Source: Pecten maximus (Eukaryota). Taken from it: DNA of 64,000 nt. The translations under genes were made by a program, and so were the position numbers. Position 1 is the first letter of the stretch. Each line of letters starts with the position of its first letter. The stretch covers positions 13,392,001 to 13,456,000 of the forward strand of contig NC_047022.1 of assembly GCF_902652985.1 (NCBI RefSeq). The letters are read 5' to 3'. Below, piece after piece: positions 1-12,312 of the stretch. The notes beneath the pieces are model-generated. The model saw nothing but the letters and a program-made list of their open reading frames with translations, was not told the origin of the DNA and made no database searches.

Positions 1-1663
1 TCCGGTTAGGACAGGTAAGAGTGACAGATTGTGTCAGTTCTGGTTATGATAGGTAAGAGTGACAGATTGTGTCAGTTCTGGTTAGGACAGGTAAGAGTGA
101 CAGATTGTGTCAGTTCCGGTTAGGACAGGTAAGAGTGACAGATTGTGTCAGTTCCGGTTAGGATAAGTAAGAGTGACAGATTGTGTCAGTTCTGGTTAGG
201 ACAGGTAAGAGTGACAGATTGTGTCAGTTCTGGTAAGGATAGGTAAGAGTGACAGATTGTGTAAGTTCTGGTAAGGACAGGTAAGAGTGACAGATTGTGT
301 CAGTTCTGGTTAGGACAGGTAAGAGTGACAGATTGTGTCAGTTCTGGTAAGGACAGGTAAGAGTGACAGATTGTGTAAGTTCTGGTAAGGACAGGTAAGA
401 GTGACAGATTGTGTCAGTTCTGGTTAGGACAGGTAAGAGTGACAGATTGTGTCAGTTCTGGTTAGGATAGGTAAGAGTGACAGATTGTGTCAGTTCCGGT
501 TAGGACAGGTAAGAGTGACAGATTGTGTCAGTTCCGGTTAGGATAAGTAAGAGTGACAGATTGTGTCAGTTCTGGTTAGGATAGGTAAGAGTGACAGATT
601 GTGTCAGTTCTGGTAAGGACAGGTAAACGTGACAGATTGTGTCAGTTCTGGTTAGGACAGGTAAGAGTGACAGATTGTGTCAGTTCCGGTTAGGATAAGT
701 AAGAGTGACAGATTGTGTCAGTTCCGGTTAGGATAGGTAAGAGTGACAGATTGTGTCAGTTCTGGTTAGGACAGGTAAGAGTGACAGATTGTGTCAGTTC
801 CGGTTAGGATAAGTAAGAGTGACAGATTGTGTCAGTTCCGGTTAGGACAGGTAAGAGTGACAGATTGTGTCAGTTCCGGTTAGGATAAGTAAGAGTGACA
901 GATTGTGTCAGTTCCGGTTAGGACAGGTAAGAGTGACAGATTGTGTCAGTTCTGGTAAGGATAGGTAAGAGTGACAGATTGTGTCAGTTCTGGTAAGGAC
1001 AGGTAAGAGTGACATATTGTGTCAGTTCTGGTTAGGACAGGTAAGAGTGACAGATTGTGTCAGTTCTGGTTAGGACAGGTAAGAGTGACAGATTGTGTCA
1101 GTTCTGGTTAGGATAGGTAAGAGTGACAGATTGTGTCAGTTCTGGTTAGGACAGGTAAGAGTGACAGATTGTGTCAGTTCTGGTTAGGACAGGTAAGAGT
1201 GACAGATTGTGTCAGTTCTGGTTAGGATAAGTAAGAGTGACAGATTGTGTCAGTTCTGGTTAGGATAGGTAAGAGTGACAGATTGTGTCAGTTCTGGTAA
1301 GGATAGGTAAGAGTGACAGATTGTGTCAGTTCCGGTTAGGACAGGTAAGAGTGACAGATTGTGTCAGTTCTGGTAAGGACAGGTAAGAGTGACAGATTGT
1401 GTCAATTCTGGTTAGGATAAGTAAGAGTGACAGATTGTGTCAGTTCTGGTTAGGATAAGTAAGAGTGACAGATTGTGTCAGTTCTGGTTAGGATAAGTAA
1501 GAGTGACAGATTGTGTCAGTTCTGGTTAGGACAGGTAAGAGTGACAGATTGTGTCAGTTCTGGTTAGGATAAGTAAGAGTGACAGATTGTGTCAGTTCTG
1601 GTTAGGATAAGTAAGAGTGACAGATTGTGTCAGTTCTGGTTAGGATAGGTAAGAGTGACAGAT
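1..1663 (+). repeat. 38-bp minisatellite (~43 units, runs off window start), intronic in AUTS2-like gene
   Basis: Unit TCTGGTTAGGACAGGTAAGAGTGACAGATTGTGTCAGT repeated head-to-tail with few variants. Confidence 0.97.
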
Positions 1664-2767
1664 GGACACCATTGTTTGTGTACCTCGATGATTAAGGTAG
1701 CTACTTGTAATCATGTATTTTGGATACATGGGTGTATTGTTACCACTGTGGCTATATATACCAGTCCTTAAATTGATTCATTCATGAGTTCCATCAACTT
1801 CTCTCATTTTAATTGTCGTCTCTCTCTACAGAATCGTACAACACACTTCTGTTTATATATCATTTTATGTCTCGTTATGATGTCAGTAGGAAAAATCCTG
1901 GCTTATTGATTTTAAAATAAGAACATAAAGAGCAAGATTAATCATCTATAATACATGTGTTATGTTGTAAAGCTGTACACACAGATGGATTTCTATCAAA
2001 TATTTTCTATGGTTGTAATGTAGTCTGCCGCAAAGCATTTTCTCCGCAAACTCATCAATCGTTTCCCTGGAAAATTACCAGCTGTTTTCAAATCTCATAA
2101 ATATTTTATGTCATAATGTATATTGCATTTTTCCAGATATATAAGAGAATAAATTCATAAAATTCATATGGTTACCATGGAAGCCAGGTGATTTGCTGAT
2201 ATGCCACCTGTGACTGTACTATCCAATCAGAACACAGATGTGTAGGGCTGCCATGAAAATATGTATTACATCTCGGCTAATTAGTGGCTGATGAAATGGA
2301 AATTAAATCCCAAGCATACATTGCCATGTTGACTTTCCTGAAATTATTGCTGATATTATGTCATAAATTTGTGCCTGTTATAAATGAGATACAGGTTGCT
2401 TCTATTGTATGTGTACATTAAAATATTCTCTTTGGATTGGCATGACATTAAAAGGCCTTTTATGGCCCACTAGATATGTAGAGGTGCTCCATTGTCATGG
2501 AAATATATTAAAACATGACTATATATCTTGTCAAACCTAGATTTAAACAAAGCACTGGTATCCTTAATATCATGATTTATAAGAAACAAGAATATATCCT
2601 ACCAGGTTCTTTTTCATTGTATTTACTATAGAAATAAACATTCTCATGATGAGTGTACTGCTTGTTAATTAAAAACTGGTGTGCGATTGTCTTTATCTAA
2701 GGGTTTGTGTGACTGTGACTTATCCAAAGTGTTTGTGTGACTGTGATTTGCAATGTTTGCTTTACAG

Positions 2768-2869
2768 CGTGTATCGTCAAGCCTGCACCCAGCCCAGATG
2801 ATGCTAGCATCTCTTCGAGACCGAGACAAGGCTAACCCCACCCCAGGGGGAGCTCTGCCTGCCCAAAAA
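2768..2869 (+). CDS. AUTS2: AUTS2/FBRSL1-like protein, internal exon (RVSSSLHPAQMMLASLRDRDKANPTPGGALPAQK)
   Basis: tttacag acceptor, gttagt donor, 102 nt open, phase 0/0 joins in frame to next exon. Confidence 0.75.
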
Positions 2870-3938
2870 GTTAGTGTTGCTTTACCCTGTCCCAGATAGC
2901 CGCGTCTAGAGTGTTTGGAAAGTTCTACATATAAAATCTGAAACAACGGAAAATTGATATAAAAATTTAATTATTTGATGGAATCAGGTGTATTGATGTA
3001 AATGTAGGAGTTTAAAAAAAAAAAAATTGATTGTTGAAAATTCTTTGAAAATTAGTTCGATCTACCAATATTTGTTTTTAGTTAATCAACATGCAGAATA
3101 AGAATAATTTATAAAAAGATCCCCTTGAAATTTTCATGTTTTTTTGATAATTTGAAAAAGGCTATGGTTAACTATTTGACTCCAATCTGCATCATTGATA
3201 CCATTATGCCAACTATAAACCACAAACCGCTGCTTATGTCATGTCTTGCTGTATCACAGTGACAGCTATTGCATGGGCGCTGTTACAATCATAATCAGCT
3301 CACTGCTCATATCTTCTACAACTTTCCTCCGACGATGCTGCAGCCTGTGTCCATACAGTCATATTCCAATTTCACCTGAGTAATAGTAGCTATTATCTGA
3401 GCATACATTTTGCCCACTAGCGAAAATTTAAGAATCCAGTTATCTCCCTTTAGACATTTGTCGTAATCACTTTTTTTTTTAAAATATTTTAAACTCGGTT
3501 ATCTCCCTTATGAGAGCTCTCGTGCATATAGGAATTAAAAGTGTCTGATCATTGGTGATGTAATAGTTGTTCATTTGAGGTGGTAGCAGAGCTGCTATAA
3601 GGAAAAAGTACTTAATATCTTTTTGTATTGTGGTATAATTAGTATTGCATTAATAAGTATTATAAGTTTCAACCCTGGGGTTCTTCTTATAATGGCGAAG
3701 AGTTGTTTTTCATTGATATTAACACAATATGTCGGTTTCTAATCCTATTTAGATCAATTTTATTTTGTATTGACCAATTCTAACCGTGTGATGGAAGTAA
3801 CAGACTTGAAATTATAGGCATCAAGTTCTGGACTCGATTGATTTTGAAATACTAGATACTAAAAATGTTGTGAGCTTGGGTATAATATTTTTTTTCAATG
3901 ATATTGGCTGACTATATTTGGTCTATGTTTTATTGCAG

Positions 3939-4137
3939 AAGTCAGGAAAGTGGTGTGCTGTCCATGTAAGGATAGCATGGGAAATCTACCAACACCAACA
4001 AAGGCAGTCTGATCCCCAAAAAGGCCAATCAGACGGCAAAACTGTGGAACCACTGCGGCCCCCAAGTCATCTACTTCTTGGTAGCAGTGTCCACAAAGGA
4101 CCAGAACTAGGATCCACTCCCAGCTTACTGGGACCAG
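3939..4137 (+). CDS. AUTS2: AUTS2/FBRSL1-like exon with conserved KSGKWCAVHVRIAWEIYQHQQ motif
   Basis: Matches the AUTS2/FBRSL1/Tay motif [21 protein letters not shown]; ttgcag acceptor, CAG|gtaaat donor. Confidence 0.92.
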
Positions 4138-4541
4138 GTAAATATGTCCACCAGCCCCACTCCTAGCTTACAGGGACCAGATAGATATGTGTACAAAATG
4201 TATCAGCCTAACTCCCAGCTTACTGGGACCAGGTAGATATGTCCATCAGCCTCACTCCCAGCTTACTGGGACCAGGTAGATATGTCCCATCAGCCCCACT
4301 CCCAGCTTACAGGGACCAGGTAGATATGTCCCATCAGCCCCACTCCCAGCTTACAGGGACCAGGTAGATATGTGTACAAAATGTATTAGCCTCACTCGCA
4401 TCTTACTGGGACCAGGTAGATATGTCCATCAGCCTCAATCCCAACTTACTGGGACCAGGTAGATATGTCCATCAGCCTCAATCCCAACTTACTGGGACCA
4501 GGTAGATATGTCCATCAGCCTCAATCCCAACTTACTGGGAC
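4118..4541 (+). repeat. ~43-44-bp tandem repeat derived from exon 3' end plus splice donor (~10 units)
   Basis: Unit CCCAGCTTACTGGGACCAGGTAGATATGTCCATCAGCCTCACT; first unit is the true exon end. Confidence 0.9.
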
Positions 4542-4859
4542 AAAGGAAATAGAGCTAACCAGTCCATTAGTGTAAATATTATCACGTATTGACGTGTGTC
4601 ATGTCAGAAGTTACCAGTCTGATTAATGTAGGTGCAAGCCTGTCTCACTACTAGGTGATGGTTCAGTGATGGTACAAATATTTCACATTTCCTATTGACA
4701 GAGACATGCATCATGCATAATGATGGATTATGCCCCAGAGATATATATGTAAAATGTTTTAAATGCCATTGCTTTGTAATAGATTAGTTCATCTCATAAA
4801 CACGTAACAAAATTCTAACATTTTTGTTCAGGACAAAAACAGAAACCATCACCTTTAAT

Positions 4860-5052
4860 CATGAGTTATCTGCCCTTAGTAAGTCAGAATTGTCTATTAA
4901 AAAATGTAACTTCCCTCTCTGAGTTATCTACCTTTGGTAAGTCAGAATTGTCTTTTAAAAAAAGTAACTTCCCTATATGAGTTATCTACCCTTAGTAAGT
5001 CAGAATTGTCTATTTCAAAGGTAACTGCCCTCTATGAGTTATCTGCCCTTAG
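4860..5052 (+). repeat. ~59-bp tandem repeat (3-4 units) with GAGTTATCTGCCCTT motif
   Basis: Units start ~4862, 4921, 4979, 5036; the same motif also occurs near 3438 and 3498. Confidence 0.7.
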
Positions 5053-5135
5053 TTGGAATGGCCGATTTCAATGCTTACCCATATCTGTTTACTTCAGTTG
5101 TCTCCCCTTAGTTAGTCAGTCTTTCTGTTTTACAG

Positions 5136-5198
5136 GTGGGCCTAGAAGTATGTTGGAAAGTAGTGGACATGGTGGTCTCATAGGACAAAATGCAATAA
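5136..5198 (+). CDS. AUTS2: AUTS2-like internal exon (GGPRSMLESSGHGGLIGQNAI)
   Basis: tttacag / gtaagt, 63 nt, phase 1/1. Confidence 0.8.
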
Positions 5199-5538
5199 GT
5201 AAGTAATGTACTGGAGTGTATATTCCTGATATTGACAGATTATCAAGATCTTTTACTAACCTGCCCAATTTCACTGTAATGTTCCAAATGTTTGTATATA
5301 TATACATAAACACACACCCATTGTAAAGAATGTCATACAAAGTTCTTCATCAAAAATTTTGTGAAATTACATTGATTTAATTGTTACATGTAATTTGCAA
5401 TGAAAGAAATGAAGAAAACATGTATGAATTATATTCTGTATGCAAATCACCTGTAATCAAAGTAACAAAGCATTTTGATATATTGAGATGATAAACTAAT
5501 ACAGCATGCTTGTAGTCCCTGTGTTGTTGTTTTGTCAG

Positions 5539-5610
5539 ACATGCCGCCGTTTCCTCGGCCCGCTGCCTACTCCGCTCTACCTGGCGGCTTTAGTGGGTTT
5601 GGTGGCCTTG
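5539..5610 (+). CDS. AUTS2: AUTS2-like internal exon (NMPPFPRPAAYSALPGGFSGFGGL)
   Basis: ttgtcag / gtaaga, 72 nt, phase 1/1; FGGLG motif typical of the family. Confidence 0.82.
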
Positions 5611-6554
5611 GTAAGAAGTCTCTGTCACCCTTTCGTAAGTCACAAAGACAAGTAGTGAACCTCTGTCTTTTCTCCTTATTCTTGTTGTAGTGTTACCACA
5701 GACAAAGGTCCCCACATCTGTAATATGTCATTAATATGTAATCAGTTCCTGACAATCCTCAAACTGTTCTATATTCTATAACGTTTCAGCTGTTGCTAGA
5801 TCTCCTGTATATTTGGTTAAAACATCAACTTTTATACACTGTTTTATTTTGCTTGGAGAAGTTTTTATAGTTTTGTTCTGAATAAATTTCTGGCAATACT
5901 TAATATCATAGTTCAACTTATGATATCGAAATGTGCTGATATCTAAATGGCATATAAAACCTAGCCAAATGTTATCGAAAATAATTGCTATCAACGCTTT
6001 TCTTTTTTCCTCTGAGAGAAATTACATTGCAAAATTTCAAAAAGTGCCTTGTAGTCCTTACGGCGCCAGACATAGTTTTATAGGTCTAAGCTTAAACTGG
6101 GAGCAGATAGCAAGGGGTACAAAACTCAACAGCAAAGTAAAATCTGAAAGACTTTTCAAAACAATGACAGCTAGGTATGATATTTAGTGACATATTAACA
6201 GAGTTGAGACCTTTGTCGGTGATATTGTCTGTAGATATCCAGGGACTCGATAACAGATGTAGTTTGTGCGTGTGAATGGTACCAGTATCTCCTATTTCAC
6301 TCAGTAGTCTCCCTTGTATGTCAAATACAATCTTCTATTTATGCAAGTTAAAGTAAATATGCATGGAAATGTTTACAGAATCATTATGGTTATCAACAAA
6401 GATCATGGAATACATTTTAATGGTTTGTTCACTGTAAAGGATTGACATCAATAATTCTATTTTTTGGGGAGAACAATTTTTTTTTTTTTTAATTACCGGG
6501 TAGATGTTTTTTCTCATATTGGAAAAGAATTGAAATGTTACCTTTCTTTTATAG

Positions 6555-6804
6555 GAGCTCCATTTAGCAGTGGTCGAGATGTAACTGGTGTGCCGGGTAT
6601 GACCCCTCCACCCCATGATTGGGGGAATCGACTTCACCGGACACCCCCATCATTTCCTACTCCCTGGCCAAAACAAATGGAGGACAGAGAAAAAGAGGAA
6701 CGAGAACGAGAAAAGGAACGTGATTTAGAGCGAGAACGAGAAAAGGAACGAGAGAAGCGTGAATATATTGGCCTAGATAGGAGACGAGAGGACGAGAGGG
6801 AAAG
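6555..6804 (+). CDS. AUTS2: AUTS2-like exon with RLHRTPPSFPTP motif and RE-rich tract
   Basis: Matches AUTS2-family WNRLHRTPPSFPT; tttatag / gtaaga; phase 1/2. Confidence 0.92.
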
Positions 6805-7374
6805 GTAAGAATCCTCCTCCTTCAAGTGGGACATTGCATTCATATTGAGATATAAACCATAATAATCAGAGGTACTGGTTTGCTAGAGTCAGTTTCCATC
6901 TGTAGATCTGTCTGTTGGCAAATGTACCCTTTCGTTTCTGGACATTCACAGAAGTCTTGTAGAACATTATCATATTTATACCTGCAACAGGGCTTTTAAA
7001 TGTTTCTGAGGTCAACGTCACTTGCCACTGTCAGATAACAAGTGGTATCACTTAGAACCTTTAATCCTAGATGGCAACTATGGGATTCTGTAGATATTGT
7101 CTACAATTTCCATAGTGTCTGTGAAAAAGTGATATATATTTCCAATCAAAATACAATTGGACATGATGGATTTCTTTGTCTGATTTACATACACATACAT
7201 ATGCATAAACTTGTCATGTTGTACTTATTAGAGCCTCTTCAATAGAAATATTAAGAACTTTATCAGAGATCAATTCAGAAGCATGACAGTACTATTTTAT
7301 AATTTAACATCCAGAATTAGGAAGATGTTCTTTTATGATAACTGCATTATATTCTAATCTGCTTGTTATTTCAG

Positions 7375-8353
7375 AGAGAGGCGCAGCAATGAGCGAGACA
7401 GACTACCGATCAACTGCCTAACAGACAGAAGCCGTGACAGGGATAAAATTTTCCCTGCGGAACCTATCCGACCAGCAAGGTCCAGGTCACGTTCAAGGTC
7501 ACCGCTCCAAAATGGACGTGTGGGCTCTGCAAAATCAGACAGTAGCTTTGAACGTAGATATGATGAGCGAGGTGGTTTAAAAATTAAGGAGGAAAGAAGG
7601 GATGAGGATATACTTCATGGAGAAAGAGACAAAATAAGGAATGAGTATATGTTGGGACCATCAATGCCAAACCACACTAATCCATTGGCAATGTTTGATC
7701 GCAGTCGTTTGTTTATGGGTGCATCCCCATTCCTGGCTGCTGATCGTGTGCCCTCACACCCAGCATTGTGGCAGTATGAAAAAAATGCTTTGGAGTTTAA
7801 TCACCATCGCTTGCAGCTACAACAGGATATGGAACGTGAACGCGAGAGACTTATCCATCGCATTCCTTCACATGCGTCCTCTTTAGAGATGGAGCAGGAA
7901 CGCATACGCAAGGAGGAGCTTCTTTTCCAGGATGAACGATTCCGTCGAGACTACCTCTCAAGTATGCCCATGTATGAACGTGAACGCCTAGCAGCATATG
8001 AACAGCAGTCGCGGTTGGCTGGTTTACGGACAGCAGAACTAGGAGCAGCTTCTCACTTTAATAGGACTCTGAGTCCAATGGTTAACCATGTTGGGGCACG
8101 GACTACTTTAAGCCCCATGGTGAACCACCTCGGTGCCAGAACAATGAGTCCAATGTTGAATCATGTGGGTGTTAAGGGGAGTTCTCCAGCGTGTGCTCCA
8201 CCTCCCCTTATCCCATCGTCTAGTGCTGCTTCACATAGTCACTCCAACTCCCCAGCTGTGGCCAAGTCCAAGGGTCACCATGGCGACCCTGGCCTAGGGG
8301 ATAAACGGGATACATACTCCAATTCCACAGACCCTGAATCCCACAGTAGGTAG
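7375..8353 (+). CDS. AUTS2: AUTS2-like terminal coding exon
   Basis: tttcag acceptor, phase 2 puts it in frame with ORF 7520-8353; RSRSRSRSP, IKEE and PPPLI motifs; stop TAG. Confidence 0.9.
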
Positions 8354-8959
8354 TGAGATTCAGATGACATAAGCATACTTGTGATTATAGTTATAATAGG
8401 CAGCTCAGCTAAAGGACGAAGAATCTGGCCTTTTGGCCAGTGCCAAGATTCCTGCTAGGAATCGGATCTACTTCAGACATGGTAGTCAAACCGTCGACTG
8501 GTTGGAAGTGCAAACACAGTGTTGGAAAACAGTGCTAAAATAACCAAGATTAAACGTGACCATGTATCATTTGGTACCATAGGAGTTATTTGTTTTTGAG
8601 ACACTGAAGATATATCTCAAAAGATTGTTGTTTTCTGTGTTATGAGAAAGTGATGGGATTTTACAAAGTTTCCATGGATTATGATTAGGATATGGAATAT
8701 TCAGTTTGAAAAAATGAAATATTTTTGAAATATTGAAAAATAAACATTCCTTCGCTTACAAGTGAAAAAAAGTGTATTAATGGATTAAATAAAATGTTTC
8801 CGACAGTGTGCAGGATTGATAACGCAAGTGTCACAGATTGTGGGTAGTGACGTGTTTCAGTTCTAGCTTGAAAGGTTTACTCTGCAGAGGGATGTTCTGT
8901 ACAAGGATTAAGTGGCAAGAAGACGCTTGTCACTAAGAAGTTCACTACTTCCTAGGGGT

Positions 8960-9770
8960 AGTCTGTCTCTATCACACTTGTGGGTGTATAAGGGTTACTG
9001 TGAGGGTCTCTGTCACACTTGTGGGTGAATAAGGGTTACTGTGAGGGTCTCTGTCACACTTGTGGGTCAATAAGGGTTACTTTGAGGGTCTCTGTCACAC
9101 TTGTGGGTGAATAAGGGTTACTGTGAGGGTCTCTGTCACACTCGTGGGTGAATAAGGGGTAGTCTGTCTCTGTCACACTTGTGGATGAATAAGGGGTACT
9201 TTGAGGGTCTCTGTCACACTTGTGGGTGAATAAGGGGTAGTCTTTCTCGGTCACACTCGGGGTGAATAAGGGTTACTGTGAGGGTCTCTGTCACACTTGT
9301 GTGTCAATAAGGGGTACTTTGAGGGTCTCTGTCACACTTGTGTGTCAATAAGGGGTACTTTGAGGGTCTCTGTCACACTTGTGGGTGAATAAGGGCTACT
9401 GTGAGGGTCTCTGTCACACTCTGGTGAATAAGGCTACTGTGAGGGTCTCTGTCACACTCATGGGTCAATAAGGGCTACTTTGAGGGCCTCTGTCACACAC
9501 GTGGAACAATAAGGGGTACTGTGAGGGTCTCTGTCACACTTGTGGGTGAATAAGGGGTAGAGGGTCTCCGGTCTCTGTCACACTCGGGGTGACTAAGGGG
9601 TAGTTTGTCACTGCAAAGTGAGGTACTCTGTCACACTCGTGAGTCAATAAGGGGTACTTTGAGGGTCTCTGTCACACTCTTGGGTCAATAAGGGGTACTT
9701 TGAGGGTCTCTGTCACACTCGTGGGTCAATAAGGGGTACTTTGAGGGTCTCCGTCATACTCAGGGTGAAG
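8960..9770 (+). repeat. 41-bp minisatellite (~20 units) in probable AUTS2-like 3'UTR
   Basis: Unit GAGGGTCTCTGTCACACTTGTGGGTGAATAAGGGTTACTGT. Confidence 0.92.
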
Positions 9771-11039
9771 GTTGGCCAAACCCAAAGTGTAATTTCATTA
9801 CCAAGGGGGAAGGGTGTCCTATCACATCCAAATCAGGTGATTGTCACACCCTGAGATAATTTTTCTTTACCCCAATTGGAGATCTAGCATATCTAACCAG
9901 AATGGTTCCAAAAAGTGTTCTTTTTCAAACCTATTTTCCAGGTAAAGTCTTTTGCCTTTCCCTTGAAGGCTATATCATGGATGCATGTGAAGAGTCAATG
10001 TGAAGAGTCATGTGTAATGAATATAGTATGCATGATGTATTTGTTGAATAGTTAAAAGACTTGTATGAATGTGATATATATCCAGATGTTAAAAACTTGT
10101 TTGAATGTGTTTATAAGTGCTTTCATTTGAGAGAAAACTATTGCTGTGTTATGTGTGCTCAAAGCTTTAATCTTCTCAGGTGTTTTCTTCTCTTATTATA
10201 AAATACACTTTCTAGAAATATGTTGCATTCCAAATTTCTGTTGTTTTAAATTGCAAGGACATCACATACCTTAGAATTTGTGGCCTTGTTTGACCTTTGA
10301 CCTTATTGTGTTGATGGACTGCCATTACCAATATTTTTTTCTTTTTGTTACTTATCTAATTGACAATGTAATTATCAATTTGAAATCACTTTTTTCACAC
10401 AGACAGCCGAGTGTAATGTGCTGTAACTAATAGCATTCAAAAGTTCCACAACGAGTTACTGTTGGATATCACAATTTAATAAATTTTCCAAATTGAAACA
10501 GATTACTAGTTTTAGTAACATTTATTTAATTCGACAATTAAGTCGAACATACATTGAAGTGTCTTCCTTGCACATTACCACAGTATCGGGCGGTTTATCA
10601 TTGTCAATTCATCCTCCAAAATCAGCTTTCTTCTAACAATTATTCAGTTTATTACAGTTTCTGTTGTTTACAACCTGTAACAGAAAGTAAAGGACATTTA
10701 TCATGATTTTATAAATTAACAACTGTTTCTTTAAAATTGAAAATTCCTAAAAATGGCAGCTATACACACTTAGCCCGGTTTGATATGTTCGAGCGAGGGA
10801 TGATGGGTAATATTTTCATGTATTGAGCAAGGGATGATGGGTAATATTTACATGTGTAAGCAGGAAGTGGATGTTGTTTAGAACAATCGAAGAGGAGAGA
10901 TATCAATATCCAAATATTGTCAATTCTGAGGATGGGCTTATTACTGTATGTAAAACATAGCACTGTGAAAGTTTCATTTTGGGTATATTCTGTACTGTGA
11001 TATTATGTTTTTGAATTACTGTATGTACCTCTCTTATAT

Positions 11040-11298
11040 AGAGATCTGAGGTGCCTGGTTTGATGCTCAGTACCTATATATCAGTTTATGTTTCTAGAGA
11101 AGCTGAGAAATGGACTGGTCTGTGCTGTCATTAGTTGTGTCCTTGAGCAAGACACATGATCGTAATTACTCTGGATGGCATGTAACAGGCCTTCCTTATG
11201 TTGTTAAGTGAGGTAGTCACCTACTACTACAAGAAGATCTGCCTCCAAATGACCCTGTTTGTTCATGGGGCAATAAACCAGAGCAAACAAACAAAAAC
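11040..11298 (+). mobile_element. Decayed tRNA-derived SINE, CORE-like
   Basis: Degenerate B-box (GGTTTGATGC), CORE-like GTGTCCTTGAGCAAGACAC, 3' end AAATGACCCTG...(CAAA)n similar to the young SINE tail. Confidence 0.6.
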
Positions 11299-11569
11299 CT
11301 CTTGTATGGTACAGAATTACTGTATAATGATACTATAATATTGGTAGGGTGTTACTATATGACGATACTTTTTGGTAGGTTTGATATGATGCAGTTACTA
11401 GATATGGGACATTGATAGAGAATGATTATGAAAAAAAAGAGAAGTCAAACCAAATATTTTATGTGATAATTGAAAATCTGATAAGTTATTAGTGAGATAT
11501 TACACTGTATGCCCTTTTCTTTTATCTTAGAAAACTATGTTATACCCACTATGGTACCCCTATCCATCA

Positions 11570-12312
11570 CTGGGTAGCAAAAGTTGGTGGGGTTACCATA
11601 GTAGTTGGGTTACCATATAGTGATGGGGTTACTGCCATAGTGCGTCTGGTTACTGTCATAGTGGGTGGGGTTTCTGCCATAGTGGGTTGGGTTACTGTCA
11701 TAATGGATGGGGTTACCGTCATAGTGGGTGGGGTTACCACCATAGTGGGTGGGGTTACCGCCATAGTGGTTGGGTTACCGCCATAGTGGGTGGGGTTACC
11801 GCCATAGATGGGGTTACTGCCATAGTGGGTGGGGTTACCGCCATAGTGGATAGGGTAACTGTCATAATTGATGGGGTTACCATCATAGTGGATGGGATTA
11901 CTGCCATAATGGGAGGAGTTACTGTCACAGTGGGTGGGGTTACCGCCATAGTGGGTGGGGTTACCATCATAGTGGATGGGGTTACCGGCATAGTGGTTGG
12001 GGTTACCGTCATAGTGGATGGGGTTACCGTCATAGTGGTTGGGGTTACCGTCATAGTGGATGGGTTTACTGTCATAGTGGGTGGGGTTACCATATAGTGG
12101 TGGGGTTACCATTATGAGTTGGGCTATCATAGTGAATGGGGTTACCGCCATAGTGGGAGGGGTTACTGTCATAGTGGGTGGGGTTGCCATTGTGGGTGGG
12201 GTTACTGTCATAATGGGTGGGGTTACCGCCATAGTGGGTTGGGGTTACTGTCATAATGGGTGGGGTTACCGCCATAGTGGGTTGGGGTTACCATAGTGGG
12301 TGTGGCTACCAC
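11570..12312 (+). repeat. 21-bp G-rich minisatellite (~35 units)
   Basis: Unit GGGGTTACCGCCATAGTGGGT; explains ORFs 11567-12296. Confidence 0.93.

Noticed and set aside
11567-12296. HYDGNP/GYG-rich ORFs resembling shell or adhesive proteins
   Set aside because: Frames shift within a 21-bp repeat; no signal peptide; lies in probable 3'UTR
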